Shown: positions 49,710-64,000 of the stretch, piece after piece | Numbering within the stretch: the first letter of the stretch is position 1 | Layout of the letters: every line of letters begins with the position of its first letter | Assembly: GCA_044892525.1 (NCBI GenBank) | Contig: CM097885.1 | Location: 21,268,001-21,332,000, forward strand | Direction: 5' to 3' | DNA length: 64,000 bases | Source of the DNA: Schmidtea polychroa | Lineage: Eukaryota | Position numbers and translations under genes: made by a program | Notes under the pieces: model-generated | Told to the model about the DNA's origin: nothing | Databases searched by the model: none | The model's input: only the letters and a program-made list of their open reading frames with translations

Positions 49710-51159
49710 AAATGTATAATTACTAAAAGGTCTGTTTAATTAAAATTTACCTATTTTCCCGGCTATACTGAGCTCGGTAAGGTAGGCCCAATTCTTATAT
49801 GGTGGTCGGCGGGTACAACAAAAAGCGTTCTAATGCCGAACCCTTTATTTACAATAATTTTCTAGCCCGCATAGTCGCAATGACTATACCAGTCACCAAT
49901 TGAGGAGAGTACTCCATAACTCTAGAGTTTTTAATATGTAGGTTATGGTGTCCCCTGGTAAAATGAATTTCATTTTAATTGCCTGCCATGTCATAGACCA
50001 ACAATGACGATGTTGAAATTAATTAGACGGAGGGCTGGCTCGGTTCATGCGTCTTTTAACAATCGCCACGACACTCTTGCTCAAAATAAAGCTAAACAAA
50101 CAACAAAAAAACTTCATTAAAATCATTTAGTTTAAATAAAACATATTATCATTTTTCATATTTAGATATGATTTTCAGCCTAATTCTATTTATAAAATTA
50201 TTTTATACTTTATGAATTTTATATATTTAATTTATCTCATTTTGTGTTTAATTTTGTGTATTTAATTTATTTTATTTTGTGTTATTAATATATTGCAAAA
50301 CTAACATTTTTAAATGAATAATTAACACCATATCATATATAATTTCTTGTTTAATTTCGTTAATTTATTTAAAATTCATTTTAAAATGTGTCAAAGATGT
50401 TATCTTAATTTAATACATCTACTGGTTTAATGCTAAGTATGAAAAGATGGAATGTATGAAATTCATATATTGAAAACGTATATTCTAGAAATACTAAATT
50501 AAGTATATTTTTTAACAAACAAATTTATTTTAAAATTGAATTTAGATTGGAAATTTAATAGTCTTGTTTAATAATTTATTTCGATGACAAATTTGGAGGT
50601 ATTAATAAAAGGTAAGATAAATAAATTATTGACTTTTTACACCTTTGATTTACAAAACTTGTGTCGTATATTTGTGTTTCAAAATTAGAAACATTAAATA
50701 GAAAATTAAATGTTGAAGCATCACTTATTATTATGGTTTTCCTATTAAAACGTTCGAATTATAATTTCTCTGAAAAAAGATGATAAATTTTTTGATTCAT
50801 AAATTTATTGCGAATTATTAATTTTATGTTTTAAATTATTTTTAACTTAAATTCTTTACCAAAAATCTGCATTCTGAAAATCAGTAAATTATTTTTGAAT
50901 GTAATTAGACTAACGTTTATATTTAAGTATATTTTTGTATTCGCATTATGTTATTAATTGAATGAATCTGACCCACCTTCAACAGCACTGCCTAAATTCC
51001 CTTATTAGCTTTGAATTCGCAGTCTTTCAAATTTTGCTAATTAATGTAATATTCAGGGCATATTTTCAATTCACAATCTATGTAAGAATCAGTGTAAATT
51101 CACGAAAATATATTACAGAGAATACACTTATTTTTATGATGTATTATCGCTAGAAATAC

Positions 51160-51332
51160 ATAAGTATGCCAAAATTCAGGTCGATTGAACATCAATTACA
51201 AGCGCGATTACCACTTGATGCCGGTTGAGTAATCAACGTTGGTAATACACCAAACGGATGAATATTTACAAGAAGTGAGCACTACACAAGTTTTCAAGCA
51301 TTCGTAAGGGTTCATAGGCTAGCATTTGGTCT
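51160..51332 (+). ncRNA. Conserved structured motif, copy D
   Basis: Core 51214-51254 CTTGATGC-C-GGTTGA-gtaa-TCAACG-TTGGTAAT-ACACCAAA; AAGTGAGC...GGGTTCAT; AGGCTA/TGGTCT. Confidence 0.6.
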
Positions 51333-51379
51333 GATTTTCACATTGCTCCCTTGTTATTTTCTATGTCATTTTCATTGTT

Positions 51380-51845
51380 TAAGAACAAAACACCAGTAAT
51401 ACTGTATATTGACCTATCACGTTCGATTCTGTGTGACATTCACGGCAATCAATCCCGGTATTCCCAACATATCCACTTTGTCTGCACTGTGTGCCTGTGC
51501 CTTGTGCTCGTTGGCAAATCCGCTCACGCTTGTAAGGTTTGAAACATTTGTCGGTTTGAGATGGGGTTACAACCGGCATGACAACTCGTTGATAATATAG
51601 CTTTGTTCATCGTTCATATTCTGCCGTACCACTATCGAGTAGACATATATTCAACTTCATGGCAAAGCACGGATCTCAATCTGATCGCTTACCGCTTGCT
51701 CTTGAAGTTGTGAGTTAATAACTTCTATTTACGCATCATACCCGACTTAGATGATACAGCTTCCAGATCCCTACATTCTATATTAGAAGCTGCTAACACA
51801 TCTTCTAAATTATTTTTTAAATCTGGTTCAAAAGTTAACGTCATA
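51380..51845 (-). pseudogene. Decayed coiled-coil type 1 paralogue
   Basis: ECRDLE (cf. CRELE) and INSQLQEQAVSDQIEIRAL (cf. ITQLQLQSAQDQVKL.AF); immediately precedes motif copy D on the minus strand. Confidence 0.5.
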
Positions 51846-52195
51846 ATTCCAAGTATTTATTTAATGAAATATTGTCTAATTTCCAAATAAATTTTCATCA
51901 TTGAATAAAATATTTTAAAAACCATTTAAAATTTCGATATTTAAAATATATTTATTTAAAAATGTTTTACTAATAAAAGCTTGTTTAATTTTTTAATTTA
52001 GAAATTTCAATTTAAAAAATCCAATTTAAAAATGTTTTTTTAAATAGTCAATTATTTATCATTTAAAATTATTTTAATAAATCATTGAAATATTTAAATC
52101 TCCGCTGAAAACACATCACATTCCAATTTAACCCATTCAGCTCGCAGTCGGTATAATTCGGTTTATTATTTCGCTCGAGCTAGATTAGTTCAATC

Positions 52196-54480
52196 CAGGG
52201 CCGGTGCTAGACTTTTTGCTGCCACAGGCAAGGTTTATTTTGCCGCCCTACGGCCTAGTGAAAAAGTAAAAAACAGTTTTCTTATGAAATATAAAACATA
52301 AATACTACAAGTAGAAGAATTAAGTACAATAAGAAAAACACAGATTTAATTGTTAATTATTCATTTGCAAATACACAACAAAAAAGCAAATTTATAATAA
52401 ATAAAAACTATAATAATAATCAGGAATAATTACAGTAACAACAACTTTAAATTTTATGGTTTTGTTTCAAATAGATGACCTTTAAACAAAGAAAAAACTT
52501 TTACTTTCTTTAGCCACTATTCACTAACTTATACAAAATAAATATAGTGGCATTACATATAGAAAAAATTGGACACCTTAATCTATAATAAAGTTCATAA
52601 TAAAGTATGATAAAGTTTAAACTTTTGTGTTGAATCTTCCATTTGTTCGTTTTCGTTAATTCGAATTTCCTCAAATTTGGGTTTCAAATCAATCATTTCT
52701 GCTAATTCATGAGCAGTGATAAAAAGGTTTTGAAACTCTTCGTCGGTTCTGAACTTTATCAAATTATTAAAAACGGACTGCGGCACAAATAGAAAATTTT
52801 GGATTCTGCATTAGAAGATTCACTCTATTAACACATTGTACCAAAGCACTGCAGTACAAATAAATTGATGATTTTTCAATTTTTGTGCCAAATTTTTTTG
52901 CATCAATTTTCGTTTTGTTTCCATGAGAACCCATTAACGATGGATCTTCCATGATATCAATTAGCGCGTCATAAATTTCTCCAATTTGGTATCTAATTGG
53001 TCTTATGGCATTGAACACACAAGCTTTAAAATCAAACTAGATATATGTTTCAATAATTCAGACCATCTGTGTGTTGATGCAGAAAAAAAATTATATAAAG
53101 CTTGTACCGTTCAAAAAAATTTCATCATTTCAATATTCGATTCTGCCGCATCATTTAAAACAAGATTCAACGAGTGGCAAGGACAAAGAACGAAAAAGCG
53201 CGAGAATTTATATTCAAAATTTGTCTCAGAAGCCCAACATTTTTGCTCTCATATTAGCTTCATTGTCATATCCTTGGCCTCTGCAATTTTTAATGTCTAA
53301 TCCTAAATTTTTAAGCTCAGCCAAAAATTTAGATGCTAATCCATATCCTGATGCGTCATATATTTCTGGAAATCCTATAAAATGCTCCTCCACTAGATGT
53401 GCACTATTGGAATTCGTATTTACAAATCTAATAATTAAAGTCAGTTGTTCTTTATGACTGATGTCAGGAGTCCATAATGACAGAAAAACCCTGCGTTTTT
53501 TGCCATTTCAATAATCTTGTTTTTTGTCTTTTGAGCTAATAATTCTATTAATTCATTTTGAATATCTTTGCTCAGGTAATGTACGTTAGTTTTTTAGATG
53601 TTATTCGACGTAGGTGTTCTTTTATAAGAGGATCGTATAGACCAAAGCATTCGACAAACTTTAAGAAAACTCCTTTATTATTTTTATATATCGCATCAGA
53701 TGACCCACGAAATGGTAAATTAACTTCAGCCATTGTCAAAATAATTTACGTTACTCTTTCAAAAACATCACGCCAATGTTGTTTTTCATTCTGCAAAAGC
53801 CGTTCATATTCTGCATTGATGGTTTTATTTAATCGTTTTTTTTGAGAAGCTCCGACCAATCATTAAATGATCTTAAGTGGAAGAAATTTTTCTCATGATT
53901 ATTAATGGCATTACTCAAATTTTTCCAATCATTATAGGCTGTAACAAACTTTGCTTAATGAAGAAAATAATTTACAACAAAAACAGTAAATTTTATCTTC
54001 CGAAACAGAATAAACGAGCCATGTCCTTTTAATACGTTTTCTATTTGATAAAACCAACTAGAAATGTTTCGATGAAAAATGTCTCTCATTTTCATCCACA
54101 GGATATGAAAAGTTATTAGGAATATCTATGGGGCCTTTTTCCACAATGATTTGCTTAATTTGGTTTGACAATACCTTCAGCCATTTGGCAGGATCGAAAT
54201 CAACATCCGTATCTACTTTATCGTTGGTTTCCTTCTCCTTCTCATGTGATTGGAATATTGCATCTGGTAATTGGTTTTCAATTTCGCTTTGATCAACAGG
54301 AAAATCAACTGTTAGTGAATCATCAGCTGCCATTGGAATATTGGAACAACTTTCTTGGTTTTTATGACTTCCCAGAAATTTTTCTAGCGCCGCTTTTTGT
54401 ACTTGCAGTTCCTCTGCTTTCTTAGCTCGCTTCTTTTTGTAGAAAGCTCCAGATTCCCTCTTTGTTTCTCTATCCGACAT
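52196..54480 (-). mobile_element. Decayed ZMYM1/Tip100-like hAT transposon
   Basis: TIR-like CAGGGCCGGTGCTAGAC..GCCGCCC at 52196; MSDRETKRESGAFYKKKR..DPAKW..IVEKGP..YPVDENERHFS; TWLVYS..IYCFCCKLF; FVPCHSLNL; heavily frameshifted. Confidence 0.85.
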
Positions 54481-55189
54481 TCTAACAATAGGAAAAATAA
54501 AATTATAAATATTTAGTATATATTTTGTAAAGAAAGAAGTCAAAAGTTAACTTAATTATTATATTTTTTTTACATTTAAGAATATTTAACTATCAATCAA
54601 TCTATTACTTTTAAGTTTTTAACCAGTCGACTAAAGAATATTGTAATAGATGAGTTAATGTACATTACTTAGCATATGAAGTAGCACACGAAATATCGAT
54701 AGCTCGCTCTACTAAATAATAACCAATATAATTTGAGCTGACCACTCGGAATCCTTTGTTTCACAACTCCAATGTGAATTTCGCCCATATCGTGCAATCT
54801 AATCAATCTCGTTCCTCCTGCTTCTAACCAAGCTTCTTAAATTTAATAAGGCATTTATAACAAACATGTGGTTCATTGAGATACAGGTTCATCCCATCGT
54901 TACAATCAATGCATTCTGGTGGGTTCCAGGTAATTCATATTTTACACTGTTAGGTTGTTGCCAACGCAATTTAGAATAAAATGTTGCTATACCATTTGAC
55001 ATCCATTGCGTGAACAACGTTGAAAATGTGGTGGATGTGTGAATACTCGTGAAAAGTGAGTTTATCGACAAATATTAAACCATCGTTAGAAGTTAATTTC
55101 CCATCTTTATTTTAGGTTCCTCTACTCGTAATTTCAGAAATTTAAAACCATACTAAACTAAATTTTATATAATTACAATAAATGACACG

Positions 55190-55538
55190 TAGGGCCTAGG
55201 AGAAAGTGCGGAGCCCTGGGCCAAATTGATTTTAATGAAAAATAAAAAAATAGTTAACAGCAAAATAATATAAAAGCAAATTTTGAAATTGCAAATTTAT
55301 CAATTATTTCACTAAAATTGAGGTTTCTTCCTGTGTCGTTATTAATATGCAGCATTGGAAATCCCTTTAGCCGCTCTTGTGCCATTGTAGATCTCAAGAG
55401 ATTCTTAATACGATTTTGAGTTGAAAACGTACGTTCAGACTCGGCTACAAAAACTTGAATTGTCAAAAAGATTCTTAATACAACTACAAGAATTGGAAAA
55501 ATTGATTTCAAATTCATTTTAATTAAGGATTTTAGCAC
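55190..55538 (-). pseudogene. hAT C-terminal dimerisation-domain fragment
   Basis: LRIFLTIQVFVAESERTFS..RIKNLLRSTMAQERL; GC-rich subterminal GGGCC motifs at ~55190-55222. Confidence 0.85.
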
Positions 55539-55749
55539 TTTTTTGGCTTTGATTATTTAAAGTTATGTTGATGCCTCACTATTTGACATTCCTGTTGCAC
55601 TGGTGATTATATAGGTCTATTGAATATGAAAACAAAGTCGGGTTAGTAAAATATTTATTTCAAAACACAAAATATTTACCGATACAAATTTTATTTTAAA
55701 AATGATTTCACTGAAAAGAATGATGCGTGTTATGTTGCTTGTGAAATTT

Positions 55750-56637
55750 GGACGTTTTTGTTTTGTCCTGTTCCCTTTTTTGTTTACTGTAGAAGTGGTA
55801 AAAATATTTGGGCGACCATTACTGATTTTAGGTCGCTATTTATACTATTTTTTATGCTCGTTAACATATGAAAATTTTATTTATTTAAATTATTGACATG
55901 CCGTTGTATTAATTTATGTAATTGATTTATTATTAAAATATCATTTTGCAGTTATTATTAAAGAATTTATGTTTTATTTCTTGCTTCTTGCTAATAAAAT
56001 GATTGTTTTTATTACAATATTTATGTTTTAAATGTTTTTGTATTATAACATGTTTCCTTATTTTAATTCTTATCAATTTTTAATTCAATTATTTCAGAAA
56101 AATTATTGTTTACTTCCTTCCATCTGTTATCTGTTAAAAATTATTCCTTATTTGCTTGACTGTTTTCTCAACTCAAGCTGTTGTTTATTCTCAGAACAGG
56201 GTTTTCTAAAATTATTTTTAAGTTAAAAATTATTTTATTATTTTAAGTTTTTGTTATAATTTATATTTCGAATAAGTTCAAAAAAATTTCCCCTTTTAAA
56301 ATATGTATAATTAAGTGTACACTGATAAATTCATTAACAACATAAATAAATAAACAATTTTAAATTTGTTCATAAATTTTACACAGATAAACATAACGAG
56401 TTAATTGTTCACAAGTTAAAAACGAGTTAATTGTTCACAAGTTAAAAACGAGTTAATTGTCTATATACACCTTAATTGTTTATCGGGTAGATTTGATGCT
56501 GGACCTGGATTGAATTGTCTGCTTTTGCCATTTTACTTTATCTGCAATCTGCATATATATTTAGTCTATATTTTTTAGCCCCTGTTCTGTAATACTTTGT
56601 GAGCTCAAAACTTTTGATGATTCTCCCTCTGTCTAAC
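55750..56637 (-). repeat. Diverged copy of exonuclease 3' end plus LTR-like terminus
   Basis: DRGRIIKSFELTKYYRTGAKKYRLNIY; TTGGGCGACCATTACTGATTTTAGGTCGCTATTTATAC at ~55808-55845. Confidence 0.8.
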
Positions 56638-56834
56638 CGTTAGTGGCGTAAATGCTTTTAAAAAATATTATTTCATCATACAGGTCTGATTAAATGTCAT
56701 CGTTCCTTTCAATCTTGTCACACTGATTTTTCAGTATGGCATCATTTATGCTATTGAATATCCACAGGAATTTGAACTCATTACAAATTTCAACCATTCT
56801 ATAAAAGCGAGTTTGTAATGTTATTGATATATAA

Positions 56835-59416
56835 CAGGTGTGGCCAAACATTTAGCTTTTAGGGCTTCTTTTTCCTGCGGTCGACTATGGATATGGGCAA
56901 ATAATTTTAAAATTTTAGAAGATAATTAAAGAAGTCATTATATCGCCGATTTAAATTGCAAACCTCCACTTTTGGTCAAAATTTCACACTATTAGAAAGA
57001 GAAAAACACCTTACATTGGCTATGAAAACCGCTATTATGCACCTATTTTATTGAAATCACGTGACAAGCAAAAAATTTATGCGTTTTAAGAAAGTTGTGC
57101 AAAATATGCTGAATATGAGTTAGCAGGTTTTCAATCTAAGCCTACGATATATTTTTTATTTTATGAATTCCAACAATATTTATTAAAATTATAAAAAAAA
57201 CAATGTCAAGAAATAAATACGAACAAAACAAATTTTTGCATACAAGTTTTATTTGGATGAAACCTGGCATTGCATAAGAGCAGCAAGTTTCTCAAAATTT
57301 GGCTCATATGAACTTAAAGCAATTCTTAAGCATGACTCTAAATGTAGATCCGTTATTTGCGATCGCTTTTTTGTTTTGATCGCATTCATATAAGAAAATG
57401 CTGATTCACATAAATATGTGGAGCCAAAGAAGGCATTGAAGCGAGCAACAATTGTCCAAATATTTGGATATTTATCTTTGCTTATTAGTTTCCAAAAATT
57501 GCTATCTGAAACCATTGATTTTAGATTTATATCGCATTTAATATTTAGTATTTCTTCTTCTAATTCTGCTATATTTGTAGTATTAAGAAAATTGTGAAGT
57601 TTCTGAGCAAGACTTTCAACGTCGATGTCATTAAATGGGTAAGATAAAAAACAGGCAATATCTTCAAGTTCACTTAGTTTGAGAAATCTTTTATCAAATT
57701 CATTTAGAAGCATTCCAATAACATCAGCATATTTGTCGTAAGCAACTGTCTTGTTATTTTTAGATTCATCTGCCAGATTTTGATAGTGTTTTAAATCACG
57801 ACGCTTTAGTTGCATTGCAAGCATATTTAATTTTTCTTTAAATGACTTCAAAATGCTAATCATGTATTATTGTTTTACCTTTACCCTGAGTTGCTGATTT
57901 AATTGGTTTAATTTTTCAGTAACATCACAGAAAAAGCAAGATCGAGAAGCCATTCTTGATCATTTAATTGCGTATATGAATCACCTTTAGATTGTAAATA
58001 TGAGGTTATTTGTGACAGAAGTTCTCTAAATCTTGCTAAAAATGTAGCACGACTTAACCATCTTACATCAGTATGAAGTAACAGTTCATTGTGTTCTTCA
58101 CCGCATTCATTCAGCAAAGCGCAAAACTGACGACGTGACAAACTTTTAGATCTTATGGAATTTACAATTTTAAATGCAACATCCATAACATGATTGAATT
58201 TTAACACTTTTGAACATAATCAGTGGTTATTGATACCAACTTGCAGATTGGAAAATTTGTTCGTGCAATATAATTTTTAAATAAATCAAAGATAACTTGA
58301 CCTCTTGTGCGATCATGCATTGGAATAATAGTTAATAATTCTTCTGTAGATTTTCGGTTGGATTATTTAAACCACATCGAAAACCATTCGAATAAAACAC
58401 ATAATTGTGCAGTACCGATATAGTCCATAGATTCGTCAAACTGCAGTGATAATACAACGCATTTATTAATGTTTTCATGTAAAATGTCTTCAAGATTTCG
58501 GCTCATTCCTTCTGTTCTATGCATAACTGTATTTCGCGATAACGACATATTTTTGATTGATGTCATTATTTCAGATTTATTTTTAAAATTCTGAAACAAT
58601 TCTTCTCCAGCTTTAATGAATGCCTCTTTCCATATTTCCTCATCTTGAAACGGTTTGTTGTGTTTAATCAAAGTTTCAGCAACTTTGAATGACGCAATCG
58701 TAGCTGTCTTCGAATTTGTATTGTATTTTAAAAAACTATTTTGCTGTGCAGTTATTTGTGCCTTCAGTTGTTGCACTTTTGTTTTTCTTAACGCAGTGCA
58801 CGTGGATAATCTTCTTCGTAATTTTTATGATTTGTTAGATAATGTCTTTTAACGTTTTCTTTCTTAGACAAAGCTACTGTTGCATTGCAAATAAAACAGA
58901 TACATTTATCTTTCATAATAGTAAAGAAATAATCTTCCATCTACTGTGATAATGATACGTTTTTTTTCGGCTTGTACTTGGATTATTCATTCTAAAATAA
59001 TAGGGTTAAATATTATTTTAGAATTTACCTACTAAAGATATTATTACGGAATATTTAAAACAATAACATACTTACTTCTGTTCGCTATCACTGACTGTCA
59101 CTTCACTATCTAACTCTCTAACACACACTGATACTGATATGCGCCCTGTCTATGTTCGCTACAGAGAAAAAGCAAGTTGAGACACACGACCACACAGCTA
59201 CCAACTAGCGCCGACAGAGCGCGTTCAGTATTACTAGATTGTTTATCTTATCAGGATAAATATAAATAGTATGTGTATGTTTCACAAATAATTTATTATT
59301 GTAAGATTAAATTATAGAATTAAGAATTTCAAACATTTATTTAAGTTAGAACAAATTGTTTAACTTTGGCTTCGCGGGCTACTTTTAAAGCTTTTGCGGT
59401 CGACCGGTCGACAATA
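56835..59416 (-). mobile_element. hAT Buster-type transposon (GTF2IRD2-like), decayed
   Basis: Left TIR CAGGTGTGGCCAAAC; ATATATAA at 56827-34 and 59417-24 (possible TSD; right TIR lost); LSRNTV, SLQFDES, LLLHTDVRWLSR, FGSTYLCESAFS. Confidence 0.85.
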
Positions 59417-59626
59417 ATATATAACAATAACATTTTGATCAACTGACCACTTGACCAATCGTCCCAGATTCCTTTATTCTAACTCGCTGGGTGGGGGAGT
59501 ACCTATTAATCATTTTAGGTCGGGGGGAATCGTACCGATTTTACTATGCTGTCATTATCTATCTATTTGAGTGGAATGATAAACTTAGTAGGTTTTAGCG
59601 TTTAACGCCCATGATTTGCGAATTCT

Positions 59627-59677
59627 CGATCAGTTTACCCATGACAACCGCCATTGTGGTACTGTACATGGTCGTTG
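59627..59677 (+). ncRNA. Core-only, decayed copy H of the structured motif
   Basis: CAGTTTAC-C-CATGACAACCGCCATT-GTGGTACT-GTACATGG (59631-59671), colinear with copy I. Confidence 0.45.
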
Positions 59678-60110
59678 AAAATTTTTTAACTACTTTTAAT
59701 GGAAATTTTCAAAGTTTTTTACAGCTTTTAAAAATACCTTGAAAAATTTTTCTTATTATTTTATTATAATGATAGTGGTAATTGTAAGATTTTATCATTG
59801 TCCTTATACTCGAATAATTCATCGTCTTCTAGATAGTTTTTGTCTTTGAAATTAAGATACAAATCGCAATTAATTATACAAAAAGGGCTTTAGAAATTGA
59901 CTAATTTTGATTCTTTTGACTAATATTATCTATTTACAAAGCATCAACGCCGAGCGGAGAATCGGTCAAATGTAACTTTGATTATTGATTGTAAAGTGGT
60001 GAAAAAAGATTGTGAATTTTGTTATTTCAAAATACCATGTGTCGTTATTGTTTTGATTTAAAGGACACGAGGAGTCAGAGGTAACCGACTTAAATTAACC
60101 AAAAACCCAA

Positions 60111-60146
<36 letters not shown>

Positions 60147-60749
60147 GGTAGTGATTGCAATTTCGATATTCATAAATATTACAGTAAATGAATGAAAGAT
60201 AACAATTAATATTTAACTTCACTGTTTGATGAAAATATTTGACACGAAATCTAGGTAAATGACAAATTTAATTTCAGTTTTTTTTGGTTAATTAACATAG
60301 ATAAGGAAACATTGCTATCAAATATACTCTTATTGACAAATTTATCTTAACATTCATAATTGGTATTTATTTAGATTATTAGTAAATTGATTAAAATTAA
60401 ATAAAAACAAAAAGAGATAAAAACCTTTTTGCTAGCGCTTTAAATCCACGAAGAACAAATGGTCCAACAGTCCGAACTGAATAGATCCCCGTTGATAAAT
60501 TCCGCAAATATGAAATAAAAATTTTAATAAACGAACGAATGCAAACTTTATATCTCTTGTTATATCGGTGATTTTTCCCGTTTCTTCAACCATGGTAACT
60601 TAATTTCAAATGGGTAGATTTTCGGTTGGATTATTTAAACCACATTTAAGGTCAAAAGTAGTTTAATAATATTAATTTTTTTATGAAATATTTCTGAATA
60701 TATTATATAAAAATAAATTTACAATTATAATAAATATGTACTTCATTTT

Positions 60750-61855
60750 AAAATGTTTTTCAAGGGAATTTTTCTTTCATCACAAAACTTTTCCAGTGTT
60801 TTAAATACGGTTTCTCCTTTTGTGCCTGTCTCTAAATTTCTAGCAAATAAAAGTTCTTAACATATTTTTTCATCTTTAATAAACCTCTCGTAAGACAACA
60901 ACAATGCTTTATTAGTTGGTACAGTGGAATCATCCAACTGAATTGAAAATTGATTAGTCTTCAGATGATTGTACAATGACTCTTCAATGTTTTCAGCCAT
61001 TTCATCAATTTTTCTTTGCACAGAACTATTGCTCAAAGAAATTTTTCGAATTATATCTGCCGCTGGTTTATGGAGCACAATAGTTATAACTTCTTTTATC
61101 GCCGGCAAAATTAATTTTTCTCCGATGGTGTGGTTTACCTGTTTCAGCAATTAACAGAGAGATATTGTATGAAGCTCAAAGTCCCTCATCGTCTTGCTTA
61201 GCAGCCATCGAAAAAAGTTTCAATACACTTGGCTGAACATTATGCTTCTTTTCCAGATCCTGAAAGTAGGCTACATTTTTGTCCTTTTTATCTGGATGCA
61301 TTTTATTCAAATGATCTTGAAGTCTTGAAGGCTTCATCGCTTCGTTTGAAAATGTTTTTGAACAAAGAAGACACAAAGGCAAAAATGAGTTTATCGAATT
61401 TTCTATAAATCCATATTTAATATATTCTGCACTGTATTGCCGTTTATTCTTTTTTACTTCCGACAAAATATGTAAATAAAGTGAACTTAAATACTTGTTT
61501 AAAGATAGTGCGCGAAACCACTAATGAAAATATAAGAAAAATTAAGAGCTTTTATATGGGATTTAAATACAGCAAGTACCGACAGGAATAAGACAAACAC
61601 GCACAAACTCGTTTATCTCTTTTGACGCTCAATCGTACTGAGCAAGTTAGGACAAGTATCGAAGAACCAGCGGATTGCGATCGGATTGCTCCAATAGCGT
61701 TATTTAACAGAAACTTGTTACAACTTGATTGCGTAGGGCGTGCGGGCTATCCTACGAAATCTATGTTAAGTATTTTAAGTTTTTATACCATCATACAGGG
61801 TAGAAATTGTCATCGGTTGCTTTGATAACGGTACCAGAGTGGTGTCGCTATAAAT
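60750..61855 (-). mobile_element. 5' fragment of SCAND3/ZBED8-like Buster hAT
   Basis: KRQYSAEYIKYGF..PLCLLC..SNEAMKPSRLQDHL; HTIGEKLILPA; ISLSNSSVQRKIDEMA; FSIQLDDST. Confidence 0.88.
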
Positions 61856-62085
61856 AGGTATAACACAGAATTATTTTTCTTAGTATTAAAATTGAAAAAT
61901 AAAATTATTCATAATATTAACTATTTTAACTACTTATACATCTATAAAAGTCATGACATTATTTTTTTTTATATGCCTATTTTTAATATAGAATATAGTG
62001 TTAAAATTTTCGAATTTTTAGTTTTTCAAAAATGATTAATAATAATAATAATCTTAATAATATAAATAATAATTATAATAATAAT

Positions 62086-62143
<58 letters not shown>

Positions 62144-64000
62144 GTTATGTTTTAATTCTTGAAATTTAATTATAATGTTTACTATTGTTTGTATATTAAT
62201 TAATATTGGTGTGTATAGGAAAGGTTTGTTAGAACCTAACAGAGTCTCCTGTAAAAATCTGTGTCGGGACTGCTAGGGTGTGTGTATGTAATGCGAAAAA
62301 GAATGATAATAATAATAACTGTAACACAATTAACAAAATGATCAACGAATTAACAACTTCAAAGTTGAAACTTTATTAATAAACGAAAGCTACTTCGAAT
62401 TTACAATAAAATGCTGAAATGTTCTAAATCTGTAGATGAGATTAACTTTGGGGAATTCTCAATAAAATTCTAAAATATTCTAGATCGGCTGATGAACTTA
62501 ACATCGAATTTTCTTTTACAAGTTTTAGAAACTCCAATTTCGTGTTATAATTTTATTCTTTAATCTTTTATCGATTTTTATTCTTTTGAATTTACTATTG
62601 TAAATTATCGCTATATAGTTTTTATTTTCTTACCCACGCACGCGACGAGTGACAATAATTAATAAAGAAAGTTCGTTACGATTTCTAATTACAAATAAAA
62701 GAAAATAACATAACGCTACAATACAACAATAATAATAATAATAATAAAATGAATTGAAATGACTGCCCGACATCTCCGTTCTCAAGTTCTGGATAACTGT
62801 CGACTGAGGGAATTGATTTATATCAGCAAACACAATTTTTTGTTTAGGTTTTCATTTTTGTATTTGGAATGCTATACAGTTTGCGTTAAGATTTTGAACA
62901 AGAAGTTATCTATTCAACGTTTCTAATTCCTGTTTTTAACTTCGTGTTTATTAGTAGATTTTAAATCTTACTTAGATGGTGTTCGGATCTTGGTTATGAA
63001 TATTTATGCCATGGGTGCAAGCGAACAAAATTTACACTTAATGTCATAAGAAATTGACATTAAGTTGACATAAGATTGAAACATTCTGGCACTGCAGCAG
63101 TTCGTTCATATATCTATTATTAATTTGCATTTGAAGTTAATTAATTTTATTTGAGCAACAATTCTTGGCATTTTCATAAATGTTAACGGATAATAAATAT
63201 TCAAGGCTGTTCAAATTTTAAAACTGACATTTTTTGTTATATGAATTGAAATGATAATTAAAAAAAATCATTGGTGTCATTATGATTGTTATGATGGTTC
63301 GTATTGTGACACAATATATAGAAATTGATAATGTTAAAATTAACTACTGTAGCCATCCGATCACATTACTATTTCGAATATATTAAAGCTACAGCCGAAT
63401 TTGAAATTTTAAATGGTGGCTAAAGCCGATTTGTCTGTCAAATTATTAATTTCATTAAAATTTTTAATTCATCCATATTATATACTTTTTTGTTTATGTT
63501 TGGCTATTAATTATCTGAGATTTACTATATATTATTAATTATAATAAATTCAATAAAGACCACAATTTTTTGAATCAATTTTAGATAATAAAACACACAC
63601 TAATCCACAATTTCACAACCTAATTGAATCATTGGACGTGTGCTCACACTCGACCAAAAGTAAAATGGAAGGTGCTAACATAAATTTCTTCCACAATCTG
63701 TGTATAACTATTGTGACCTCAATTTTGAGCATACAAAATGCTATATTTTGAGATAATTATATGTGTGATTATACATGTAATTATGTGTTGTAATTATATA
63801 TGTTTAGGAGATTTGTAGGACCCAGTCGAGTCACCTTTAAAATGAAAATGTCTCAGGATAGCTGGGGTGTTTGTGTGTGTGGTTTAAGTTATGTCCAAAT
63901 ACAACAAAAATAATAATATAAAGTTTATTAACCTGAATAATTAAATTTCACAATAATAAATTTTCTGTTCCTTTTAATCAAATAAATATTCGATTAATAA

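Overview
Very AT-rich eukaryotic repeat DNA with (TA)n/(AAT)n microsatellites and a predicted ~50-nt GT-AG intron. The hATm, Merlin and Polinton content is compatible with a planarian-like metazoan (inference). No intact host gene was seen. The window is a nested transposon/virus graveyard with three components. (1) Eight cut-and-paste transposase relics (six hAT, one hATm, one Merlin), several with TIRs and 8-bp TSDs, plus a TA-flanked Tc1/mariner-like non-autonomous element. (2) Two decayed Polinton/adintovirus-like blocks: pPolB, packaging ATPase and a cupiennin-like protein at 21.9-26.6 kb; penton, adenain, a ZnF-PLA2X-integrase fusion and MCP at 40.2-48.4 kb. (3) Many diverged copies of an unclassified multi-gene element: spliced coiled-coil LE(G/S/N)TWF.P ORF -> conserved covarying structured RNA/ssDNA motif -> AT-hook ORF -> signal peptide-FN3-TM protein -> catalytically degenerate ISG20/REXO4-like exonuclease running into an LTR-like terminus. 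The structured motif occurs 7-8 times; six copies keep an exact 41-nt core spacing and several show compensatory changes. Essentially every recognisable element is on the minus strand, as expected for a flamenco-like unistrand piRNA cluster. All family calls are by eye from motifs; no searches were run.
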